A DNA stretch of 46,817 nucleotides from Nitrospirota bacterium (lineage in GTDB: Bacteria > Nitrospirota > Thermodesulfovibrionia > UBA6902 > DSMQ01), in NCBI GenBank assembly GCA_016208855.1, contig JACQXF010000079.1:1-46817 (forward strand), in the 5' to 3' direction. Shown one piece after another: positions 8,212 to 16,473 of the stretch (positions are counted from its first letter, which is position 1; every line of letters begins with the position of its first letter). Under the pieces are notes generated by a model, which saw nothing but the letters and a program-made list of their open reading frames with translations, had not been told where the DNA came from and did no database searches. Made by a program: the position numbers and the translations under genes.

Positions 8212-10704
8212 ATGTCGCATAACAATTACATCTTTTCCCTCGGCGGATATGACGTTGAGATGGTTGAAATCAAGAATATCCTTGAATCAAAAGGGCTGAG
8301 ATTTTACGACAAAAATCTCTCATGGAGTAATGCTTCTTTATCTGCATACAAAGATGAGATTGGCAAAATCCCCTCTGATGCGATTCCGATTTTTATTGAA
8401 CTCAAGCTTGATTGTCCTTATCCTGAGAGGTCGATAATTATTGACCACCATGATGAAAAAGCGGGTAAGCGCCAAAAAACATCCATTGAACAGGTAGCCG
8501 AGTTACTCAAAATAGAATTAAACAGGAAGCAGCAGCTAATCAGTGCCAATGACAGAGGACACATCAGAGCAATGAAAAAAATGTGCGCTACTGATGTGGA
8601 AATAGCTGAAATCAGGGCATTGGACAGAAAGGCTCAAGGCGTTACAGATCAAGATGAGAAGTTTGCAGAGGAGTCAATTAAAAAGTGTCTTGAAGAGGTA
8701 GCCGATAACGCTGTAATAGTGAACAGTTCAACCAACAAAACATCTGCTGTTTTCGACCGCCTGTACGATAAATACAAACACATCTTTATTTTTACCCTTG
8801 ATGGTGAGATGAATTATTCGGGAACTGGAGAGGTTGTTAATCGGTTAGCTGATGAGTATAAAAAAAAGCAGGAGAAAGACACCTCAATAGAATTCTGGTT
8901 CGGCGGGAATCTGCCTGATTACGGTTTTTTTGGAACAAAGACGCATCTTGGTAAAGAGGAGATAAAAGAGATGGTCAAAATTAATGACAAAAAGATCATC
9001 TCCCAGCATATCTTCATGTTCCCGTTCAGGATAACCCCTAAAACCATAAATGGGAACTCATCTCCCGTCATTCCAGCTTGTCTGGAATCTTTCTCTAAAA
9101 ATAAAAAGAAGAAATCGTCTGCTGATGTAAATATGTGCGAGGTTATTCAATCAGTTGAAGCTGGAGGATGGCATTATAAGCCATACACAGTAGACACCGC
9201 TGCACATTACAGCGAGTATTACTATTTCTATGAATATGTTCAAAAGGCGATATTTGACCAAAGAGATATTGATGAAATTAAAGATTTTTTTAAGCAAGAT
9301 AAAAATCCAGACGTCATCTCGTATTACTTTGAACGCCCTGTAGCTAATGATTCTATAATGAGGATTCACATTAAAAGAGATGATAATGGGAAGCAGATAT
9401 GCTTTCATTATGATTTAACAATCCAACATATTTCATTAAGGCTTTTCTCTACAGACATCGGTATACTTACAATTGAACTCTATAATCACGAACATCCATC
9501 ATTTCAAGACGTTCTCTATATTAATGAATACGGCAGGAGGATTTATCCTCAATTCCTTCCTGATGATCGTGATATAAATATAGTTAAGGATAGCTTTCTT
9601 GCTGACGAAATAGTGTTTAAACTTGGTGAGATTGATTCTGTTGAGGATTTTTGCCCACCTAAAAAATACTTAGAAGGGAAATCTGAAAGGAAATTGGTTG
9701 TAGCAGACTATATCACAAAACTACTGGGTGATAACTTCACAACAAGATATAACTTTATCCCTATTATTGATGATAGGATGTTTAATGTATGCTGGTATGC
9801 TAATGCTGAACTTATTAAGGAATTGCAAAGGGAAGAATGCTTTACTGGCAAATATAAATATGAAACCTCTGATGAATGGTATAGCCTTGTCTTTATAGAT
9901 AACTCTGTCAAGAGTGTTTCAGCAGGCGGCAGGATGAAGCAGGACTTGATAAAACAGTTTACATATTCCAGATGGATTCACAAAGGAACTCTTTTCGGCA
10001 TCACACGCTACAGCTTGATGTGTTTAACCAACTCTACATTTGATTTTTTACGACATCACATGGAAAGGATATATTACCAGATGGCGATAATCCTCCTTGC
10101 TCAGAGGGCATCAATACTGAAATTTTCTGATGATGTCTCAGAAATCAGCGGCAAAATAGAGGGCATGAAAGGCAAGGATAAACAAAAAGAGGTTGAAAAG
10201 ATTGCAGATGATGTCAGAAAACTCCACTCTTCTTTTATCCGCTTTGTAAACAGACTATGGTTTACTGAGGTAACCCCGCAAGAGCAGGGGATTGAGATGT
10301 ATAATATGGCTGTTAAGAATATGGGGTTAAAAGAGCAATTGGATGAACTCCGGCATGAGATAAAGGAGTTGTATGAATTTGTAGATATGCAGTATGAGAA
10401 GATAAAGGCAGAGGATGACAGAAGAATAAACAAGACACTTTCAAGATTGAATTGGCTCGTTGTTATCTTTCTGCCAATAACGATTGTTTCGGGTTTACTT
10501 GGGATGAATATTTACACAACAAATGAAATCCCGGATATTATAAGCGTTCTTAATGAATTTTTTAATGTAGATATACATTATCAGAGGCTTTTTATTTTGA
10601 TTGCCCCCACACTACTTATCTATTTGCTCATTTTTGCTTGGTTCTTATGTCAAAAAATATATATTAAAATCAAAGAAAGGGTAACTGCTGTAAAATTAAA
10701 CTAA
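8212..10704 (+). CDS. CRISPR-associated NrN (DHH-family phosphodiesterase)-CorA-family membrane effector fusion
   Basis: N-terminal LGGYDVEM...IIIDHHD...SIEQVA...ISANDRGHI (NrN-like). Then HIFMFPF, EVTPQEQGIEMY and C-terminal TM-GMN-TM (FLPITIVSGLLGMN), as in CRISPR-linked CorA. Start placed at ATG 8212 after GGAG. Confidence 0.8.
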   Translation: MSHNNYIFSLGGYDVEMVEIKNILESKGLRFYDKNLSWSNASLSAYKDEIGKIPSDAIPIFIELKLDCPYPERSIIIDHHDEKAGKRQKTSIEQVAELLKIELNRKQQLISANDRGHIRAMKKMCATDVEIAEIRALDRKAQGVTDQDEKFAEESIKKCLEEVADNAVIVNSSTNKTSAVFDRLYDKYKHIFIFTLDGEMNYSGTGEVVNRLADEYKKKQEKDTSIEFWFGGNLPDYGFFGTKTHLGKEEIKEMVKINDKKIISQHIFMFPFRITPKTINGNSSPVIPACLESFSKNKKKKSSADVNMCEVIQSVEAGGWHYKPYTVDTAAHYSEYYYFYEYVQKAIFDQRDIDEIKDFFKQDKNPDVISYYFERPVANDSIMRIHIKRDDNGKQICFHYDLTIQHISLRLFSTDIGILTIELYNHEHPSFQDVLYINEYGRRIYPQFLPDDRDINIVKDSFLADEIVFKLGEIDSVEDFCPPKKYLEGKSERKLVVADYITKLLGDNFTTRYNFIPIIDDRMFNVCWYANAELIKELQREECFTGKYKYETSDEWYSLVFIDNSVKSVSAGGRMKQDLIKQFTYSRWIHKGTLFGITRYSLMCLTNSTFDFLRHHMERIYYQMAIILLAQRASILKFSDDVSEISGKIEGMKGKDKQKEVEKIADDVRKLHSSFIRFVNRLWFTEVTPQEQGIEMYNMAVKNMGLKEQLDELRHEIKELYEFVDMQYEKIKAEDDRRINKTLSRLNWLVVIFLPITIVSGLLGMNIYTTNEIPDIISVLNEFFNVDIHYQRLFILIAPTLLIYLLIFAWFLCQKIYIKIKERVTAVKLN

Positions 10705-11093
10705 TGGATATTCAAAGAGTCAAAAATTACTGGGTAGTAGAGGCAGAAGATGCCCTGCGAGTGATGCATCATTTATACGAGAAGGATGACTACTCGTATG
10801 CCCTGTTTTTTGGTCATCTTGCGATAGAAAAAATCCTGAAAGCCCTTTATGTTATTCGGAACAAGGAACATGCTCCTTACAGCCATAATCTTGAACGCTT
10901 GGCTGCGCTTTCCGGCATTGAATTAACTGACGATATAAGCAGCCAGCTTGAGAAAATTTCCCGTTATAATATTGAATCCAGATATCCTGATGATAAGCGA
11001 GAATTCAGAAAGCTATGTACAGAGGAGTTTACCAAAAATGAACTATCACAAATAGAGGAGATTTTTAAATGGCTAAGGTCAATGCTGATGTAA
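10704..11093 (+). CDS. HEPN domain protein
   Basis: AEDALR...YALFFGHLAIEKILKAL...HNL...SRYP. Start overlaps the corA stop. Confidence 0.85.
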   Translation: MDIQRVKNYWVVEAEDALRVMHHLYEKDDYSYALFFGHLAIEKILKALYVIRNKEHAPYSHNLERLAALSGIELTDDISSQLEKISRYNIESRYPDDKREFRKLCTEEFTKNELSQIEEIFKWLRSMLM

Positions 11094-11407
11094 TGGATAA
11101 GGCGCGTCAATTTCTTCTTGTGCTGAAAGAGCAGGGCATTAATATTATAGCAGCCTATCTTTTTGGCTCTTATGCGAAAGGAAATCCCCATAAATGGAGC
11201 GATATTGATATAGCTGTAGTGTCGCCTGATTTTTCATTAAGCAGATTTGAGAACAGCCTGTTTCTTATGAAGATTGCATCAAAAATTGATGTGTCTATTG
11301 AGCCGGTTGCATATAATCCTGAATCTTTCATTGACGAAGACCCGCTTGTATGGGAGATAAAAAAATCAGGCATACCATTGGAGATTAAACATGGAATTAA
11401 TCGTTAA
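11069..11407 (+). CDS. Minimal nucleotidyltransferase (MNT)
   Basis: YLFGSYAKG...WSDIDIAVVS. Confidence 0.85.
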   Translation: MAKVNADVMDKARQFLLVLKEQGINIIAAYLFGSYAKGNPHKWSDIDIAVVSPDFSLSRFENSLFLMKIASKIDVSIEPVAYNPESFIDEDPLVWEIKKSGIPLEIKHGINR

Positions 11408-11516
11408 ACTCAAACAACACACGCCGATAATCCACTTTCAGTGGGACCAGAAAGGCGCGACCCTGCGAGCTACGGAACTGAAGCCGAATCCTATTTGGAA
11501 AGAAGTTAACAAATAA
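11391..11516 (+). pseudogene. cmr1: Truncated cmr1 (type III-B RAMP) N-terminal fragment, 41 codons
   Basis: Reads MELIVKLKQHTPIIHFQWDQKGATLRATELKP-NPIWKEVNK*. LKQHTPxIHFQ...GATLRAxExKP is a Cmr1 N-terminal signature as I recall it. GGAG RBS at 11380. Confidence 0.65.
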
Positions 11517-11517
11517 T

Positions 11518-12978
11518 ATGAAAGGTGAGGATATGGAGAACTATTATCTACGTGTTGAAGCCGTAAATTTTACTTATTTTATCTACGATACTGATAAGAT
11601 TCAGCCAATGCGCGGCGGGAGCTACCTGCTGCTTGAAAGTGTTGCCAGTCTCGCTGGACAGAAGATTAACGGAATTGAGTTGAAGAAAATAATGGCGGGG
11701 GCGAGCATTGGCTTATTTTCTTTTAAGATTGCAGATGGTAACAAGGCTGGAGATATTGTCGCAGGAGTGAGAAAAATATTAAGTGACAAGACTGGGGGGC
11801 ACGCCACATTTGTAGTTGATGTGCTTAAGTCAATTAACAATTTTGAACGTGACAATGAGACCATTACGGCTATGAATAGATGGCAGCAGTTTCAGCAGCC
11901 AACCCTTGTGCTTCCCCAAAAAGAAGCTGAAAATAAGTGTTCTTATGACGGGGTAAGGCCGGGGGAGACATCCGTTCCTACTGCTGAAGGGGTTAAAGAG
12001 GTTTCATCCTCTGTTAAATTTAGGATGGATGAGGGAAAAAAAGAATTAAAAAAAAGGATATATCAACGAATACTTAAAGACGGTGAATTCAAAGAAGAAT
12101 TTACTGACGACCTTGGAGCGCTTTCGTGCATCTCTGACAAAGGGAATCTAAACAACAAGATGGCTTTTATTTATTTTGACGGAAATAAATTCTCAAAGAT
12201 TAGAGCCAATAAATGCACAAAGGAGGAAACACTCGCAGCCTTTAGCGAACGTGTGGAGGAGCGCCGAAAAGAGTTTCTCTGCGAGCTTATCAAAAAGGCA
12301 CAGGCAGAGCCTGATTTTAAAAACAACGACGCTATACGACTTGAAACGCTCCTATGGGGCGGGGATGAGTTTGAGATTGTGGTGCCTGCATGGAAGGGTT
12401 GGGATGTTTTGCGGTTGTTTTACAAGTGCATGAGCAATGCAGAATTTGACGGTGTTAATTTGACCCATGCGGGAGGCGTTATCTTCAGTAATCACAAGGC
12501 GCCGATCCGTCAGATCAGGAATATGGCTCGTAAGCTTGCGGATATGGCAAAGGATAAACTTCCCCCGGATTTTAAAAGCCTTAATCATAATAAACACGAT
12601 ATTGCTCTCTACATTATCATGGAGTCTTTCGATACGGTTGGACCGGATGTCAAGGATTTTGTAAGGCGATATTATGGGGACGGCTGTTATGACGATTTTT
12701 ATTTGACCTCTGACCGAATGGATAATATAAATGAAGCATTATCCCTTATGAAGAAAAACGGCTTCCCCCGCAATAAGATATTTGAGATTATACGCATTAT
12801 AAAGGGCAATCTACCTCAACAGAACGACAAGATTGATACTGTGCTTATAAAGGCTCTTTCTGAAGTTGAGGAGCAAGATAAGGTTTGTGCTGCAATTGAA
12901 AAAGTAATAGAAGGTAATTATCATCGCTGGCTTATGATTGCCGATCTATGGGACTATGCAGGGAGGGAACATGCTTAA
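11518..12978 (+). CDS. cas10: Short Cas10 (no HD domain, GGDE palm motif), type III-D-like
   Basis: FIYDT...MRGGSYLL, YFDGNKF, LLWGGDE, LTHAGGV...HKAPI. 486 aa. Alternative start at 11533. Confidence 0.8.
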   Translation: MKGEDMENYYLRVEAVNFTYFIYDTDKIQPMRGGSYLLLESVASLAGQKINGIELKKIMAGASIGLFSFKIADGNKAGDIVAGVRKILSDKTGGHATFVVDVLKSINNFERDNETITAMNRWQQFQQPTLVLPQKEAENKCSYDGVRPGETSVPTAEGVKEVSSSVKFRMDEGKKELKKRIYQRILKDGEFKEEFTDDLGALSCISDKGNLNNKMAFIYFDGNKFSKIRANKCTKEETLAAFSERVEERRKEFLCELIKKAQAEPDFKNNDAIRLETLLWGGDEFEIVVPAWKGWDVLRLFYKCMSNAEFDGVNLTHAGGVIFSNHKAPIRQIRNMARKLADMAKDKLPPDFKSLNHNKHDIALYIIMESFDTVGPDVKDFVRRYYGDGCYDDFYLTSDRMDNINEALSLMKKNGFPRNKIFEIIRIIKGNLPQQNDKIDTVLIKALSEVEEQDKVCAAIEKVIEGNYHRWLMIADLWDYAGREHA

Positions 12979-14740
12979 AAAGGCGACTATTAATATAACT
13001 CTGGGTATTCAGGGACCGATTCTCTGCAAGGCAACAGCTCCTTCTTCATGGGGAATAGACGCAACTTTTGATCGCGACTACAAGGGCATTCCATATATAG
13101 ACCGCAGTCATATCAAGGGCAAACTTAAAGAAGCCCTCAAGGAGCTTGGAACTGATGAAGCTAACCTTTATAGATGGCTTGGTGAAGAGCACAGTGACGG
13201 CGGTATGCTTATAATCTCTGATTTTTATTGTGTAGATAGCCCTACTGCTGTCCGCTATGACAATAGGCTCACGCGTACAAAGAGAGACAGGGTGCGTGGC
13301 GTTGTTGATGACACAGCGCTTCTTTCAATGGAAAATGCGTTCCCATTGAAAAATATGCCTTACAACTGGAATGGCTGCATAGAGTTTATCGCTGATGATA
13401 ATAGCATACAAGGTATTTACACGGAGATTGTAGCTGGTCTTAAATGGATTACTGCCGTTGGCGCTGAAAAAACAGTGGGTTTTGGGAAAATAGTGAGTGT
13501 AGAATCAGAAGAACCGAAGATAGAAGACTTGAGCTTTCCTGATCCTTTGCCGACAGCAAATCCGCCTGAGGAATGGTTTACTGTAACTATAGAGGCTGAA
13601 GATCCTCTCTTGATTGGCGGGGTTCAAAGGGCTGCAAATTACCGTGAGTCGGAAAGCATCATTCCAGGCGGCATGATAAAAGGTGCCCTTGCTGCAACAC
13701 TCAATAGGCTCTGTGGCGTTGATAAAGTATCAACCTCTATAAATAAAGAAAATACTAAGGTGTCAGAGCACTACAAGGCTCTGTCAGAACACTTTTCCAA
13801 AATACGATTTACCCATGCGTTTCCGACAACAGGCGACACAAGGCCGGTTGTTATCCCGTATTCGGCGGTTGCTGAGGGCAATAACTTTTATGATGTGGCT
13901 CTTAATGAAGGTGTTAAGCTTGTCAACGACAAGGCTCCAGTCTTTCAAACAGACTGGAAGAATTATCCCGACAATTTTGGATGGGCAATCCCGCGTTGTA
14001 TAGCAAAAACACGGACCGGCATTGACGGAAACCTTCGCAGGGCGGAAGACAACATGATGTTTACCTATCAATATGTCTGTCCTGTTGACAGCAAAAACAA
14101 CAAGATAATATGGTATGGGCTTGTCCATCTGCCAAATGATGACAGAGGCGCACTTCACACTGAACTTATAGATGCAGTGCAAAGGATTACCCGAATGGGC
14201 AAGAGAAGAAGCAAGGTCAAGGTGTCCATAACGCCGGGCAAATGTGGACATGCACAGATAGAAAATGGCGCTATTGCCAAAGATAGTGTCGTTATTGTCT
14301 CATTACAATCAGATGCTCTTATGGTAAATCCTTATGATATGCTGAAAAAGCAACAGACCGCAAAAGAACTGCATAAGCTGTATTGGGGAATTGCATCCGG
14401 TAATTCTATGGAGATGGTTAGATTCTTTGCACATCAAAAACTTCTTGGAGGTTATATAGTGCGGAAGCATGGCGGCAAATACTATCCATTTTCTCTTACC
14501 GGAGCCGGAAGCGTGTTTGTGCTGAAAGTTTCTAATGAAAATACTGCAAAGGGAAAAATAGATGAATGGAAAACCAATGGGCTTCTATTGCCTGAGTGGG
14601 CAAAAACAACATATAAAAAACACGGCAAAGAGTTATGGGAAACTTGCCCCTTTGTCCAAGAAAACGGTTATGGTGAGGTTATGGTAAATCTCAAATGGCA
14701 TTTTGCCAATCGCATTGACAATGCAGGAGGTGCAAAATGA
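12971..14740 (+). CDS. csx10: Csx10-like Cas7-Cas5 RAMP fusion
   Basis: Two RAMP modules: PYIDRSHIKGKLKE...GAEKTVGFG and IPGGMIKGALA...ENGYGEV. Start placed at ATG 12971 after GGAGG. Confidence 0.75.
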   Translation: MLKKATINITLGIQGPILCKATAPSSWGIDATFDRDYKGIPYIDRSHIKGKLKEALKELGTDEANLYRWLGEEHSDGGMLIISDFYCVDSPTAVRYDNRLTRTKRDRVRGVVDDTALLSMENAFPLKNMPYNWNGCIEFIADDNSIQGIYTEIVAGLKWITAVGAEKTVGFGKIVSVESEEPKIEDLSFPDPLPTANPPEEWFTVTIEAEDPLLIGGVQRAANYRESESIIPGGMIKGALAATLNRLCGVDKVSTSINKENTKVSEHYKALSEHFSKIRFTHAFPTTGDTRPVVIPYSAVAEGNNFYDVALNEGVKLVNDKAPVFQTDWKNYPDNFGWAIPRCIAKTRTGIDGNLRRAEDNMMFTYQYVCPVDSKNNKIIWYGLVHLPNDDRGALHTELIDAVQRITRMGKRRSKVKVSITPGKCGHAQIENGAIAKDSVVIVSLQSDALMVNPYDMLKKQQTAKELHKLYWGIASGNSMEMVRFFAHQKLLGGYIVRKHGGKYYPFSLTGAGSVFVLKVSNENTAKGKIDEWKTNGLLLPEWAKTTYKKHGKELWETCPFVQENGYGEVMVNLKWHFANRIDNAGGAK

Positions 14741-16473
14741 GCGGGATGCTTAAGGGCGGAACTTTTACAAACCGCTATGTGTTCAAGGCTCAGATAACTG
14801 CCTTATCTCCTTTACATATAGGTTCTGGAGAGATGATAGAAAGGACGGGATTGGAGGATGATAAAAATAAACTGCTCCAAATTTCTGGTGTTATTGTTGA
14901 CGGAGGAAATCAGCCTAAGCCATACATCCCCGGCAGCAGTCTGCGAGGGGTAATGCGCGATTGGCTGAGGGATGTATGGGGAGAGACAGATAGGGAACAT
15001 GATGAATTAAAAGAAAAGATTAATCCGCTAATTGAGAATGCTAAAAAGAAGAATGCCAAGCCTGAAGAAATTTCAAAAGAGATTGCCGGTATTATCACAA
15101 CAAACGAGCAGCGTTTGGAACTCCTCTTCGGCTCTGCCTTTGCCGAAGGCAAAATAGAGGTCTGGGACGCTCCCTGCGCATCTCATGTTAATACGCCAAC
15201 TAACAATACGTGGAGCGGCTGGAAGAAAGACTGCCTGACTTATGTTGCAAAATCAGTAGCGATTAACCCTAAGACAGGGACCGCCGAGGATAAGAAGCTT
15301 TATAATTTTGAGCTTGTCCCGGAAGGGGCATGTTTTGGTATCACATTGACCGGACAAAACCTGAGCGATAAAGATGTGGCTCTCATTTTACACGCATTAG
15401 ACGGCTTTGAACATTTTACATCACCGCTTGCCCTCGGCTCAATGACGAAACGCGGCTTTGGGAGATTCTCTCTTTGTAACCTTACGGTGTACCGTCTGGT
15501 AAAAAATGAAAAGAGGGATGACATTAAAACATGGAAGGAATTCTGTGCAAAGGATAATCTTGCCGGATACGATAGTATTTGCAGGGAAACATTTAAAATA
15601 AAAGACAAGTCTGAAATTGAACGGCTCAAAAACCTTATTATATGCCCGGCATCAACCTCTGTGCATTTAAGAACAGACTGGACATTGAATCTTGAAACAC
15701 CTCTTGTAGTGAGAAGCGGGAGCAGTTTTGCATGGGAAAATGCAGCCGAGAAGAAGACAAGAAATTACAAGATGAAATACATGTGGGGCCATAAAGCAAA
15801 TAAGCAGAATGACGAGCATGACATAGGAGATATCTATTTCAGTATCAGAATTGAAGGCGACAAGGCGGTGCCATACTACCACATCCCGTCAAGCAGTATT
15901 CGCGGCTCTTTGAGGGAATGGACGATTAAACATCTCCTGCCAGAGGATTGGTGGGATATTGAAAAGGGACTCAAAAAACATGCTGAAAAGAATGACGATT
16001 CCTACAAGTCCTTGCCGCGATACCTTGATGATATACTTTTACTTTTTGGCTTTGTAGTAAAAACCTGCGATAAAAAATTAGATGAGAAATATACCTGCGC
16101 CGGTCGGCTCATCATAGAAGTGTCACCGCTTGTAGGAAACTATCCACAACCTGATGTGGATGGGACATGGAATAATAATATTAACAATCCGAATAATTAC
16201 GGACCCACAAATGCTAAACGGCATATCAAAACCCGCAATCCCCTTGACCGCATTACCAATGCGGCTAAAGAAAAAGGGTTGCACAGCGGTCTTGAATTTT
16301 CAAAAGGTCAGTCCTTCACGGTTAGGCTTACTGTTGAAAATCCAACTGATTTTGATAGAGAACTTATTGACTGGTGGTGCAACGAGATAAATACGGGCAT
16401 GATCCGCTTCGGTGGTCTTTCAAGTATTGGACGGGGCAGAGTAACTGCTCAGGAGGTACAAGATGTCAAGTAA
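14737..16473 (+). CDS. Double Cas7 (Csm3-like x2) RAMP protein
   Basis: SPLHIGSG...PYIPGSSLRG...LGSMTKRGFG and TPLVVRSG...IPSSSIRGSLR...FGGLSSIGRG. Confidence 0.8.
   Translation: MSGMLKGGTFTNRYVFKAQITALSPLHIGSGEMIERTGLEDDKNKLLQISGVIVDGGNQPKPYIPGSSLRGVMRDWLRDVWGETDREHDELKEKINPLIENAKKKNAKPEEISKEIAGIITTNEQRLELLFGSAFAEGKIEVWDAPCASHVNTPTNNTWSGWKKDCLTYVAKSVAINPKTGTAEDKKLYNFELVPEGACFGITLTGQNLSDKDVALILHALDGFEHFTSPLALGSMTKRGFGRFSLCNLTVYRLVKNEKRDDIKTWKEFCAKDNLAGYDSICRETFKIKDKSEIERLKNLIICPASTSVHLRTDWTLNLETPLVVRSGSSFAWENAAEKKTRNYKMKYMWGHKANKQNDEHDIGDIYFSIRIEGDKAVPYYHIPSSSIRGSLREWTIKHLLPEDWWDIEKGLKKHAEKNDDSYKSLPRYLDDILLLFGFVVKTCDKKLDEKYTCAGRLIIEVSPLVGNYPQPDVDGTWNNNINNPNNYGPTNAKRHIKTRNPLDRITNAAKEKGLHSGLEFSKGQSFTVRLTVENPTDFDRELIDWWCNEINTGMIRFGGLSSIGRGRVTAQEVQDVK

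Noticed and set aside
8212-10704. Housekeeping CorA Mg2+ transporter
   Set aside because: It is far longer than a typical CorA, carries an N-terminal DHH domain and CRISPR-type motifs, and lies beside cas genes.
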